Source: Octopus vulgaris
Lineage: Eukaryota
Length of the DNA stretch: 64,000 nt
Direction: 5' to 3'
NCBI GenBank assembly: GCA_951406725.2
Contig: OX597833.1
Location: forward strand, 41,416,001 to 41,480,000
Of the stretch, positions 27,191 through 39,460 are shown piece after piece; the first letter of the stretch is position 1; each line of letters starts with the position of its first letter. The notes beneath the pieces are model-generated. The model had not been told where the DNA came from and ran no database searches. It was given only the letters and a program-made list of their open reading frames with translations. The position numbers and the translations under genes were made by a program.

Positions 27191-28859
27191 ACACACATAC
27201 ATACATACTGTATGGTAAGGTTTCAGCAAGAAGTATAGCACACGATCAGTTAAGAGAGTAAATATGTTATAATAAAAACCACAAGCCTTGTCATATGGTT
27301 ACCCAGTGTTTCTTGGCCGAAATATTAAATTATTTCGCCATTTATCAAACTGTTAAATACAAGACGGTCTGATAATCGTGTTCGATGCACTCGACGTTTG
27401 AGTGAGCACGGAGAAACACAGGGGAGATAATTAACTTCACAGTAAATATAACCAGTGTCTTACGGATATCAAAATTGCAAAACCAACACTGGAATGGTTT
27501 ATGATGTGTGATAGTTTTATCTTTAATTTCCGCTAAGATGTATTTTTTTAATTTTTAAATGATAAACTATAAATTTTTCATAGAAATCAGAGCTAGCACT
27601 GTAAGTTACAACGTTTCGTATACGTATACGTCTATGCAAACAACGCGATCGAAGATAGATAAAAATAGGTGTATATACGTATTTCAAGAGTTATTGCACT
27701 TCCATCAGCACCACATCCAACTCAACACCTCTCCACGAACGCATTGTTTAAATACTCATTAAGTTTAGCGGTGTAACACTATTGGATAGACCAATTTACA
27801 TATCAAACACATTCTTGGCAGCTGGTACATAAATATTAATTACTAGCAAGAACTCAGTAATTCGTTTTGCTTCCATAATATACTTCCAAATATATTAAAA
27901 GTTTAAAAATCAATATTCAGTCTTACGTTTTGTGTTGGAAGTTTTGACTTGGTTTGTGCTGCCTTGGTTTGTGCTGCACCTTGGCTCTGATGGGTGTTGA
28001 TAAGCAGGGTATATAAATGATCAATATACAAAACTTGTTTCTTTTTTGGCAATGATGATGAATGTGTAATTCGTGATTTGTGACAAGTACATCATTTCTG
28101 AATGTACTGAAATGAATCGGCGAAAGAAAGCCTAAACTCATTACAGATTTTTATTTAACTGTTATGTAATTCCACAACTGCGACCAGTTCGAAGAAAACA
28201 CAAAAGTCTGAACTATAGATGACGGTCTGTTTGCATGGAAAATCTCTTATTCAGTCCTTATAGTAATCTGCCACTAAGTGTATTGAAAGGGGAAGGTAAA
28301 GGGTTCAAAACCCGTGCGTGTGAAATTTGGGCTTAGGGGCTAGGACTGAGAAAATTAAGTGTGGACGAAATTGATTTGTGACTGCTGTAGGAAAACTGAC
28401 TAAAAGTGACAGAAATAAACTATCAAAAAGTGAAAGAATTGGCTGGGTTTTTTTACCTTTTTACAGGTATTGCGAATATATATACCTGAGTAAAATACAC
28501 ACTAAATCAGTGAAATTAAAATTGAGAGGATCTAGCTAGATTCAACTCTGTTAAACCTAAATGATAACGAAATTGATAGGCCACACAAATGGATTTTAAG
28601 TGCACCATCAGAGAACAAAGGAAACGAACACGAAGGTTAGGTTTAGTATAGATTGTTGAAACGAAAAAGCAATTTCAGCCATCAAAAAACCACAGAGTAA
28701 AGTTCTTGGCACAAACATACAGTGTCTTGAAAAATATAACAGTGTTTGGTTTATGCACCGCTTTTGCTGCGGTTTACGTTAATAACCAGAGCATACAAAC
28801 TAGAATTATGGAAAAACTCGCTCTTTTTTTTTCTTATAATCAACCAATCAAAATATTCC

Positions 28860-30888
28860 CACACGCAACATCCACATTCAACAACAATGAAAAGACTAGA
28901 GCTGGAAAAACTTCATCTGCAGACTAACATGAAAACCTCCATTGAAAATCAAAGAGCTGTGGAGGAACAATGGGTAATCAAAAACATCAAACAGAACCCA
29001 AAAGTGTTCTATTCTTATGCAAATAAGCATAGAACCACTGTCTCACCTATTGGGCCATTGATTGATGAAAACGGCATTCCCCAACACGATGCTAAAGAAA
29101 TGGCAGAAATACTGCAGAAACAATATTGCTCTGTCTTCAGTGTTCCCACTGATATTGATGTGAGGGAAACGAACGAAGCTGACTCCCAACACAAAATCGC
29201 AGACATAACCTTCACTGCCACCGACATCGTAGCAGCAATAAATGAGGTCAAACATTACTCCGCTGTAGGCCCTGATAGATTTCCCGCCAGTCTCCTGAAG
29301 GAATGTAGATATCAACTTGCAGTCCCTCTGACCAACCTCTGGAGAAACTCGTTAGACGCAGGTTATATACCGAATAAGTTTCTATCCCAGTCGGTCATCC
29401 CGGTTTTCAAACAGGGAAACAGATCCCTCGCAGTCAACTATCGCCCAATCTCACTCACCTCCCACATCATTAAAGTGTTTGAAAGAGTGTTAAGATCAAG
29501 GATAGCTGACTTCCTGGAGACCCACAAACTCCTAAATTCAAATCAACATGGCTTTCGCTGTGGCAGGGACTGTCTAACACAGCTCTTACACCACATTGAA
29601 GATGTACTCAAAGCCTTGGGAACAGGTTCGAACTCTGACGTCATATACCTTGACTTCAGTAAAGCGTTCGACAGGGTAGACCATAACATCCTACTCTCAA
29701 AATTGGCAAATGTTGGAATCCGTGGAAAAGTTCTACACTGGATTCAGTATTTCCTAGCGAATAGAACACAACATGTTGTAGTTGATGGAGTCCACTCAAA
29801 CCCAGCAAAAGTCACCAGCGGTGTTCCCCAGGGAACTGTTTTGGGTCCGCTACTCTTCATAATTTATGTAAACGACCTTTCCAGTGTCGTACATCACTGC
29901 AAAGTGAAAATATTCGCTGATGACACTAAGCTCCAGCAAATCGTCAATGAAGAAGCAGACCGAACTCAACTCCAGTCTGACCTATATGCTGTGAGTCAAT
30001 GGGCAGACAGAAACAAAATGCAACTGAATGAGGGAAAATTTGAGCTGATGCATTTTGGAAGAAATTCCTCACTAAAACAACCATACTCTCTTCCTTCAGG
30101 GGAACCGCTCACAGCCTCTAACAATATCAGAGACCTGGGTGTAATTGTTGATGACGATCTCAGTTGGAGTGCACACATCAACAAGAAGGTCGATACAGCT
30201 CGTAGGATGAGTTCCTGGATCTTAAGAACTTTCCGGTCCAGAGAACAAGGTGTCATCATACCACTTTTTTCATCCTTTGTACGGCCACACCTTGAATACT
30301 GCTGCCCACTGTGGTCTCCTCACACAAGACAAAACATCTCCAGAATTGAGTCACCCCAGAGGGCTCTCACTAAACAAATTGAAGGCATGGCTGCTCTCGA
30401 CTATTGGGATCGCCTTAAAGCCTTGAAACTTTACTCCCTCCAGCGTCGCCGTGAGCGGTACATCATTTGTACGATGTGGAAAATATACCGCCAACTTTGC
30501 CCAAACGACCTAAACATTAGCTTCAAGGTTCATCCGAGACTTGGACCACGGGCTATACGTCCCCTGCCAAATTCAAGATCACAACATACATGTACACTGC
30601 AACATAATTTCTTTTCCTCAACAGGCCCTGCCCTATTTAACATTGTCCCGAGGGAGATCAAAGAGGAAAAGGATCCCATCAACTTCAAACAGAGTCTGGA
30701 TAGATTCCTTCAAAGAATAACAGACAAGCCACCCATAATTGGATACAACTCACCCAACAAGAACTCACTACTTGAACAAAACTTGACTTAAACAGGATTC
30801 GAATAATCCTATCAGGTGGTGCTATTAAGTTAGACATGGCCTGGACCAATCTCTGGTCGAAACATATCTAAGTTTTATCTAAGTTTTT
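28860..30888 (+). mobile_element. 5'-truncated LINE with 3' UTR stem-loop and tandem-repeat tail
   Basis: After the stop: hairpin GACCA-ATCTC-TGGTC and tail (ATCTAAGTTTT)2; no TSD identified; 5' boundary approximate. Confidence 0.85.
28888..30791 (+). CDS. Reverse transcriptase ORF2 of a 5'-truncated CR1/L2-group non-LTR retrotransposon (no endonuclease domain)
   Basis: Motifs NPKVFYSY, GPD, NYRPISLTS, QHGFR, YLDFSKAFD, GVPQGTVLGP, IFADD, RDLGV, RPHLEY, SLQRRRERY; stop-free for >630 codons. Start given at the first in-frame ATG; the true 5' end is missing. Confidence 0.93.
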
Positions 30889-31115
30889 ATAGTGGTGATG
30901 AATGTAATATATATGCGTACATATTATTTTGATAGACATGTGTGAAAGATACGTAAATTTATGCGTGGATAAAAACGTAGCTATAGTTCCTTATGAATGC
31001 CAAGATTATTTTACATGCTTCATTTTCTGTGTTATACTATATTATAATTCTATTCAATATGTAGACATATATAATTGTACATAAGCATATATATCCATAT
31101 GTGTATACATACATA

Positions 31116-31171
<56 letters not shown>

Positions 31172-31239
31172 TATATACATACACACATGTGTGTATGCAT
31201 TTATATAAATGTATATATGTACGTATATGTAGATATGTA

Positions 31240-31275
<36 letters not shown>

Positions 31276-31477
31276 ATACAAACATGAACAAGCAAGAAAA
31301 AACAACAACGCGAGGACGTGGAATAAGTAGTGTTATTGGACGCTCAGGAAAAGAAAGAAAAGAAAGAGGATTTCATGTTTCGAGCGGAGCTCTTCGTCAG
31401 AAATAGAGAAAAAGTCTAAAGAAGAGAAGACGGAGAAAGAAAGTCGACAACGATACACGCGCGGTCACATATTGAAG

Positions 31478-31591
<114 letters not shown>

Positions 31592-31922
31592 TATATATAT
31601 ATATATATTCATATATATTTATTTCATTACTAATATAATGGTAAATAATTATTCATTTTAAAATTAATAATTATTACCAAGTAGTTTCGGTATGGAAAGA
31701 GAACCATTATCGGTAGGAATTTTTACAAAAAGTTTTATATATATATATATAAATTAGGGTGACGTATATTTGCCATCTCAATATGGCTACCCCTAAGGGT
31801 GGATGCTACTGTAGTTTTTATCCCCAGGGGGACACACTCCTCCAGCTGGCCATAGACACACTTTCTGTGTCCTGTCAGTATTTGCAAAGGGAAGTCATCC
31901 TTCCCGTCTTCAACTTATGATA

Positions 31923-31967
31923 CACACGGACTCGAGTTTCGAGGTATTGACCTCTCGTCAGCGTGTG
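31923..31967 (-). ncRNA. Minimal type I hammerhead ribozyme
   Basis: CACACG-CTGACGA-GAGGT(CAAT)ACCTC-GAAA-CTCGAG-TC-CGTGTG: 6-bp stem I, 5-bp stem II, palindromic stem III ACTCGAGT, GUC triplet. Confidence 0.9.
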
Positions 31968-32274
31968 ACAATCATAGTTGTCGGCGAGAATTAGATTTCC
32001 TTCACAAATACTTATACTTTTTCCAGCGTCCACTGTCGCTGATATTGAAAAAGTGAAATCAAACAATGATAAATATCAAAGTGAGTTATATACAGTAGCG
32101 GTAACACATCGTGACGTATATTTGCCATCTCAATATGGCTACCCCTAAGGGTGGATGCTACTGTAGTTTTTAGCCCCAAGGGGACACACTCCTCCAGCTG
32201 GCCATAGACACACTTTCTGTGTCCTGTCAGTATTTGCAATGGGAAGTCATCCTTCCCGTCTTCAACTTATGATA

Positions 32275-32319
32275 CACACGGACTCGAGTTTCGAGATATT
32301 GACCTCTCGTCAGCGTGTG
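32275..32319 (-). ncRNA. Minimal type I hammerhead ribozyme
   Basis: Same motif 352 bp away; one stem II G-C becomes G-U. Confidence 0.88.
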
Positions 32320-32607
32320 ACAATCATAGTTGTCGGCGAGAATTAGATTTCCTTCACAAATGCTTAGGGGTAGTCATATTGAGATGGCAAATATACGTCA
32401 CGATGTGTTACCGATACTGTATATAACTCACTTTGATATTTATCATTGTTTGATTTCATTGTTTGAGCGTCCAATAACACAGGGTGGATGCTACTGTAGT
32501 TTTTAGCCCCAAGGGGACACACTCCTCCAGCTGGCCATAGACACACTTTCTGTGTCCTGTCAGTATTTACAAAGGGAAGTCATCCTTCCCGTCTTCAACT
32601 TATGATA

Positions 32608-32652
32608 CACACGGACTCGAGTTTCGAGATATTGACCTCTCGTCAGCGTGTG
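32608..32652 (-). ncRNA. Minimal type I hammerhead ribozyme
   Basis: Identical to 32275-32319. Confidence 0.88.
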
Positions 32653-32877
32653 ACAATCATAGTTGTCGGCGAGAATTAGATTTCCTTCACAAATACTTAG
32701 GGGTAGTCATATTGAGATGGCAAATATACGTCACGATGTGTTACCGCTACTGTATATAACTCACTTTGATATTTATCATTGTTTGATTTCACTTTTTCAA
32801 TATCAGCGACAGTGGACGCTGGAAAAAGTATAAGTATTTGTGAAGGAAATCTAATTCTCGCCGACAACTATGATTGT

Positions 32878-32922
32878 CACACGCTGACGAGAGGTCAATA
32901 CCTCGAAACTCGAGTCCGTGTG
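32878..32922 (+). ncRNA. Minimal type I hammerhead ribozyme (opposite polarity)
   Basis: CACACG CTGACGA GAGGTCAATACCTC GAAA CTCGAG TC CGTGTG read directly on +. Confidence 0.9.
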
Positions 32923-33456
32923 TATCATAAGTTGAAGACGGGAAGGATGACTTCTCTTTGCAAATACTGACAGGACACAGAAAGTGTGTCTATGGCCAGC
33001 TGGAGGAGTGTGTCCCCCTGGGGATAAAAACTACAGTAGCATCCACCCTTAGGGGTAGCCATATTGAGATGGCAAATATACGTCACGATGTGTTACCGCT
33101 ACTGTATATAACTCACTTTGATATTTATCATTATATAAAATTTAGGAATAGCAGCCAAAAACCGCTTATTCCTATTTACTACAGATATAGTACCACATAT
33201 AACATTATTTGCAACTGACATAGGCAGAAGGAAAATAACGAAATTAAACAGTCTTTGGTCAATTGTGGACGAGTTTCTGGGTTAGAATTATAAAGAGCGC
33301 ATTCCCGTCATCAGCACAACAATCCAATCAATTATAGATTCGCAAATACTATTGACCAACCTCTTGCATCTCGATCCCGCGCCATCGGAGATTACAGAAG
33401 ATAGTCAGCACATCCAAATCCATATATCCATCGCTATTTTGTGACACACATGGTAA

Positions 33457-33861
33457 TCTTACTCTTTTACTTGTTTCAGTCATTTGACTGCGGCCATACT
33501 GGAGCACCACCTTTAGTCGAGCAAATCGACCCCGGGACTTATTCTTTGTAAGCCCAGTACTTATTCTATCGGTCTCTTTTTGCCGAACCGCTAGGTGACG
33601 GGGACGTAAGCACACCAGCATCGGTTGTCAAGCGATGTTGGGGGAACAAACACAGACACACAAACATATACACATACATACATATATATACATATATACG
33701 ACGGGCTTCTTTCAGTTTCCGTCTACCAAATCCACTCACAAGGCATTGGTCGGCCCGGGGTTAAAGCAGAAGACACTTGCCCAAGGTGTCACGTAGTGGG
33801 ACTGAACCCGGAACCGTGTGGTTGGTAAGCAAGCTACTTACCACACAGCCACTCCTGCGCC
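33457..33861 (-). mobile_element. SINE family A
   Basis: Full-length copy. Confidence 0.9.
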
Positions 33862-33864
33862 TAT

Positions 33865-34255
33865 CTTGGAGGGAAAATACGAATTCATTCGTCTATATGG
33901 GTGTAATGAAAGCATGGTCCATCTTTATCCAGTGCTTCATAATGCCAAGTTTGATACGAAGTGGAGGTAGGATAGCTTTTCCTAGTTGAACTAAATACTA
34001 TTCATCTACATTAAGAGACTCTGGAACTAATGTTTACTGCGACCATTCTTAGATCACCCAATATTTTCTACTGACTTTCTTATCCCACATGCATAAAAAG
34101 CATGGATATTTGGTGTAGCCACTTTTTTGTCTCGGGAGAAAATTGACCATCTTAAAGTCTACGCATATCACCTATTGATGACTGTGGTATTTCATTTTCT
34201 CTAGCGTTGCTTTCATAGCTTCGTATTTCTCTGCTAGTCTTGTAGAGTGAGTAAT
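33865..34255 (-). pseudogene. DNA transposase relic, Chapaev3-like (CMC superfamily)
   Basis: Minus-strand translation with frameshifts: HSTRLAEKYEAMKATLEKMKY..ICVDFKMVNFL..SGYTKYPCFLCMWD..ILPPLRIKLGIMK..ALDKDGPCF; family assignment is from my memory of the PPLHIKLGLMK motif. Confidence 0.65.
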
Positions 34256-35164
34256 TAAAACAGGGGTCAATGTAATACATAAATCATAATAAACACTCGT
34301 ATTAAATTTCACAGGTAAAAATGTTTTCTGAAAAATGAGGAAAATTGCAAAAATTGCAGATTTTGGGTACCTTAAAATCTAGACGTGATGATAAAAAATA
34401 AATTACATTTTGGTATCCAGTACATCAAAAAGCCTTCAAATCGGACAAAAATGTCCTAACATAAAAATACCTGTTGAGTTGTGTAATAACTGGAAACTGA
34501 AGATTCAAAATGTTACATTTTTATCGCCGAAGATCGGCCACAAGAAACTCAGAGTAATCTCTTGTGAGGATTCATCTTGCGACAATATATATATAGATAG
34601 ATAAAAACGGTAAGATAACAAAAGAAAGAAAGAGACCTCAATATTATGTAAATAGAGGAAATTCATCTGTAAAATAATATGTGACAATTATTCAATAGCC
34701 AAGATAAAACTCTGAGTTTCGGATGCCAAAGTGGAAATCCACAACACCATCTCTTCGGTTATAAGAAAAAGAAAATGGAGAAATTGATGTGCAGACATCA
34801 ATTTATTGAAACAAATGTAATTTTGAACAATATCAAACTCATAGATCCTACAATCGTTTCCATGACCAATTAATTCAAATTAGAAAAACTAAAAGATTCA
34901 TACTAAATACAGTTAACTGAACATTTCGTCAAGGTCAGAACTCGATAGAAAAAGGAACTGCATTTTCTTTTTCTTATACATAAATGGTAATATACCCATA
35001 TCCATTAATGTGAAGTTAATATCGTTTAGTATTTCACTGGTACACTGGATAAAACCGGGGAACCTGGATGCTGACATCCGTTTAAAAGGTATTTATATCC
35101 TTGAAATAATTATATGTATATATATATAAAAGATAACAAAGTTTACGTACGCCGCTATATATAT

Positions 35165-35490
35165 ATATATATAATACAAAATGGAACAGGTCGAAAGACA
35201 CCTGTTGTTATGTCCTGTTATTATTTTTATTGTATTTTTTATTGTATTTATATTTGTGTAACATTGTCCGTTTTTGTATACATTCGCTGCTTTCTTCCAA
35301 GGAATGTAATGCTCTTAGCTTAGTTTTTCCTTGAGGCTGGCCAGATTGGAGCAATCTCAAGAATAATCAGCCGAAATTGCGAGGATAATCTGGTTCTTGA
35401 CTGAAGATAGAAAACTTCGAATGACCCGTCCTTGTTTTCTTTGTATCACCTAGTTGTCCGGATGTCTTGCGTTCTTGCCCCATTTTGTAT

Positions 35491-35495
<5 letters not shown>
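35165..35495 (+). repeat. Interspersed repeat, second copy inverted at ~46040-46400
   Basis: Shared sequence including GGAGCAATCTCAAGA...GACTGAAGA...GAATGACCCGTCC...CCATTTTGTAT; lies next to (TA)n. Confidence 0.75.
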
Positions 35496-35546
<51 letters not shown>

Positions 35547-35740
35547 GTATGTGTTTCTGTGTGGTGTGTGACTGTGTGCATATGTATGTATGCACACACA
35601 CATACACTTTTTATGCTTGCATGTTGCTGGTAGACATAATTACTTAAATTCTTAAATGAATGCTGTTGTTTATGACTATTATCATAACAGACATTTATGA
35701 TACGAACACATACGTGTCGATCTCACTGTGCATAGTATTT

Positions 35741-35778
<38 letters not shown>

Positions 35779-37756
35779 CTGAGTGAGTCAGTCGCTGTAT
35801 GCTGTATGGACGATAAAACATACGTTTTAGGAAACTGGGGCGACAATCAGTATCGGTTGTAAGTCGGACTCCTGGAAATTTTAATCTATTCACAATGCTT
35901 CCTTCGTTTTATTTTACCAGAAAAGGAATCCAGTTTTCAAAAAAGTAAATAAATAGAACTTTCGTTGAAATTCAGTCAAAGTCAAAAACAAAAACAAAAA
36001 AACGGGAAAACACTCGCATTATGTGTCAAACTTTCGCCCTGAAAACTTGTGTTATCTTTTTCCTTTCTTCGTAGATTTTCGTCTTCAGATAAAAATTGGT
36101 CGTCCAAGATCAACGAGTTTTCTTACTATTGTTGCATAGGCGAGACCAGTTATCAAACAGACATCTGATCGAGGCATTCCTGATATGACCATCCAATTTT
36201 ATTTGCCAACAATGTTTCTAGGACATCCAGTAATATATTCGCTTTCTTGTCTTTGATTTGTTTTGTTTTGTTGCTGTTGTTGTTTTTTGGTTTTTGTTTT
36301 GAAGATGATAAGATATGATGGTACATGGAATTTTCACTGCTATTTTTAACAGAATTTACTATACACGGTTATTGTGTTTAACACCATGTCAACCCTTATC
36401 CAGCAGATCTAAAATCATAGACGTTATACATGTGATCATTCACTCTTATTTCTTTATTTATTATCGAAGACAATATTGTCCATTCTTTGCTTCGTTTTGT
36501 GAAAACGGCATGGCGTGATTGGAGTGAGCAAATCGATCAACCACTTACAATTTCCTTTGCTGGCTCGTTTACTATACGTGATAAGTACAGGCAATTAGCG
36601 ACAAAATAAATTATGAAAGTAATAAATCAGTAACGGGAAATTTCAAAATTAACTTTTAAACCGTATGTTGTTGCTGCTGCTGTTGTTGTTGTTGTTGTTA
36701 AGCAACAAGACGGGTAAGGGTGATTAGGTGATGGTCTAGGGCTTAGGGGCGGGAGGCCCCAGACCTTGGAGAAAAAAAACTTTGGTCGTCTTGTTGTAGT
36801 CGTGGGTTCTTCGTTGACGCCCGACACCACTGGAAGGTGACCCTCGAAGTCGCTGGAAATGGAGATCTCTAGGTCCAAATTCTTGGAAGGCTGTTGCTGC
36901 TGCTATTATTAAGAGCCAAACCGGAAATTATGTTACAGATGAACAGATATCACAAAAATTAAAACAATGATTGCCAGTAGCTTTTTGTGGTGCGGCACTT
37001 TTGGATCTGCTGTACGGGACGGTATAGGCTTAGAGCGGCAAACTTAAAGGCTGTCCTGAATAGCACATAGTTTGTTTGCGCCACTGGTTATTGCAAATGC
37101 TACTGATAAAGTTATCATTGTTGTCGTCGGCGTGGTCATCGTCGTCGTCGTCGATGTTATTCTTAGTCTCAGATCAGACTGACCGATATAAGCTGAGGCT
37201 GACTTAACCCCGTCACCCAGTTTAACACCACTATCCCCAACATGTCTGTGAGGTCTTTGGCTGCTTTTAGTGCTGTCCCATTGCCTTCCAGACTTTCGTG
37301 CCGGGTCCCTTGTCGGAAAATTAAACCACTTTCCTTCTGCCCACTAGTCTTACAAACTATGAAAAGATCAAAGAGCATTCTTGCCTTGATCATCTCACTT
37401 TTTGTTTGTTATGTTTTTGCTGTTGTTTTGTTTTGTTTTGTTTTTTTGTGGGTTTTTTTTATATATTCCCAACTATGTTGTCTGATGTATCCTGTTTAAT
37501 GACGACAAAATGTGTAATCTGAAGGAATTTGTCTGTTATTTTATAGCGGTTCAAATGTCGTTTCGGATATGTTTCAGTTTTATGACACTTCCTTAGTCAA
37601 GTTTATTTGAATTGTACTTACCAGAAACATATAACGACTAAGCAAATACGTTAATTGCCGAATTAGTGAATGCCTTATTTTTGTTTTTTTTTTTCCATTA
37701 AAATTCGGAACAATCTCACAATTATTCTAAAATTTGGTAAGTACGGATGAGATTAT

Positions 37757-37799
37757 ACTTTGCTGAAGAGGTTTGCTGTGACCGAAACATGTCCTGAGT
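37757..37799 (+). ncRNA. Isolated minimal hammerhead ribozyme
   Basis: ACTTTG-CTGAAGA-GGTT(TGCTGT)GACC-GAAA-CATG-TC-CTGAGT; palindromic ACATGT stem III, GUC triplet; stem I has one mismatch and one wobble. Confidence 0.65.
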
Positions 37800-38357
37800 T
37801 ATCCCCATACTTCATAAAGATTAGGACTACTCTCCATTGTAAACTCCACGCTAATTCAAATTTTGATCAATTTGGATTTCGGAATCACCTTCCTTGCAGT
37901 TCTTGACAAGAATTATCATTAACACTAATGGTTTTTATTTTATTTACGAATTAATCTTTTGCTCATTTCATATTAGCCCACACTTAACTATATGGGGTTT
38001 TTTTTTCGTGCAGACTCATCTCTGCATGACCCTTAAATATAGATATTTGCCAGCTGTTTTGTCTTTTTTTGTTTGTTTGTTTTTCGTTTTGTTTTGTTTT
38101 TTCGGTTGTTTAAGATATAGGAACGAATAATTTTGCTTGCAATTAACAATTAAGCCTTTGAGCATTTCGCGATCCTTCTTATAATAACATTGGAGCGTAT
38201 GTCCGTATGCTGTCACATTTAATGTTTAACAAAAGAAGTAAACAGCTTTTAATAGTATGTAGGCTTTTAACAACTAATCAGCTAGTAACAAATTCCTTAG
38301 CTACAGTGAGTAGCGCTTTTGTTTAGCAATTAGGAAAGAATTATAAAATAATACATA

Positions 38358-38765
38358 GGCGTAGGAGTGGCTGTGTGATAAGTAGCTTGTTTACCAACCA
38401 CATGGTTCCGGGTTCAGTCCCACTGCGTGGCACCTTGGGCAAGTGTTTTCTACTATAGCCTCGGGCCGACCAAAGCCTTGTGAGTGGATTTGGTAGACGG
38501 AAACTGAAAGAAGCCCGTCGTATATATGTATATATATATGTATGTGTGTGTATATGTTTGTGTGTCTGCGTTTGTCCCCCCCCCCCAACATCGCTTGACA
38601 ACCGATGCTGGTGTGTTTACGTCCCCGTAACTTAGCGGTTCGGCAAAAGAGACCGATAGAATAAGTACTAGGCTTACAAAGAACAAGTCCTGGGGTCGAT
38701 TTGCTCGACTAAAGGCGGTGCTCCAGCATGGCCACAGTCACATGACTGAAACAAGTAAAAAGTAA
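38358..38765 (+). mobile_element. SINE family A
   Basis: Full-length, near-consensus copy. Confidence 0.9.
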
Positions 38766-39460
38766 AAAAAAAAAAAGTAGGTTGGGAGATAGATAGGCAG
38801 ATGGACACACACCCAGAAACAAACACTGTCTGTGTGTGTGTGTGTGTGTGTGTAAATACATACATACTCATATGCATATATATGTGTGTGTTTGTATATG
38901 CGTACTTATGTGCGTATAACAGCAATAACAAAAAGCAGATCCTTGTACAAGATGTTTTAAACCTATGATAAACAAGTTAATTACAACCATAAATTCAGAA
39001 AGAATATTCTTGACCAGCCGAAAAAAATTTTATACTAAATGCAGAGTGACAAAGGTGAAAGTTATGTCCTAAATTCACGGATGACCAAATTAGTGTATCT
39101 TCTATTTATTGGTTTTTTTCCTTTTAGATTATTCAAATTGCAGATACATATCTATCTGGATATATATTTTGAGCATAATAATCATACATTTAATATCTAA
39201 ATTCCCCTGTGGTGTAGAGATCGCTTTTCCTATCAACTGACTTTCGTGCTAGTTTGGCCCTGTTTTTTACACTCACTTTCTAGACTTAGTGTAGTGACAG
39301 ACATAAAAAAGAAACAGATATGCTGTATGTGCATTACCGTAAAGCGAGGGAGCTACTTGATAGTTTTCAGTATCGGAATGATTTCATAGAAAGAGTGATA
39401 CGGCATCTATCAAGAACGCTGTTATGTTTCTAAAACAGTATGTTTTAACCTATATATATA

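Larger units (their letters stand above)
31759..33132. mobile_element. Tandem + inverted array of a 352-bp hammerhead-bearing unit (Penelope pseudo-LTR / retrozyme-like)
   Basis: Unit starts at 31759 and 32111; orientation blocks F 31759-32366, R 32364-32458, F 32481-32699, R 32697-33132; copies differ by only a few substitutions. Confidence 0.9.

Noticed and set aside
28746-28887. N-terminal extension of the 681-aa ORF
   Set aside because: Non-ATG start in probable flanking DNA; no endonuclease motifs.
31675-31720. CCGATAA-T-GGT...ACC-GAAA on minus just before the array
   Set aside because: Two core substitutions and no clear stem I; too degenerate to call.
35330-35435. CTGAAGA...GAAT and GGCTG...CAGCC-GAAA motifs (also ~46100-46200)
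   Set aside because: The core halves do not assemble into one hammerhead (GAAT instead of GAAA, no proper stem II).
36075-36170. Candidate exon 2 of the beta-lactamase-like gene (phase-compatible acceptor, FSSSDKNWSSKINEF)
   Set aside because: It runs into a repeat and a stop with no convincing donor or family motif.
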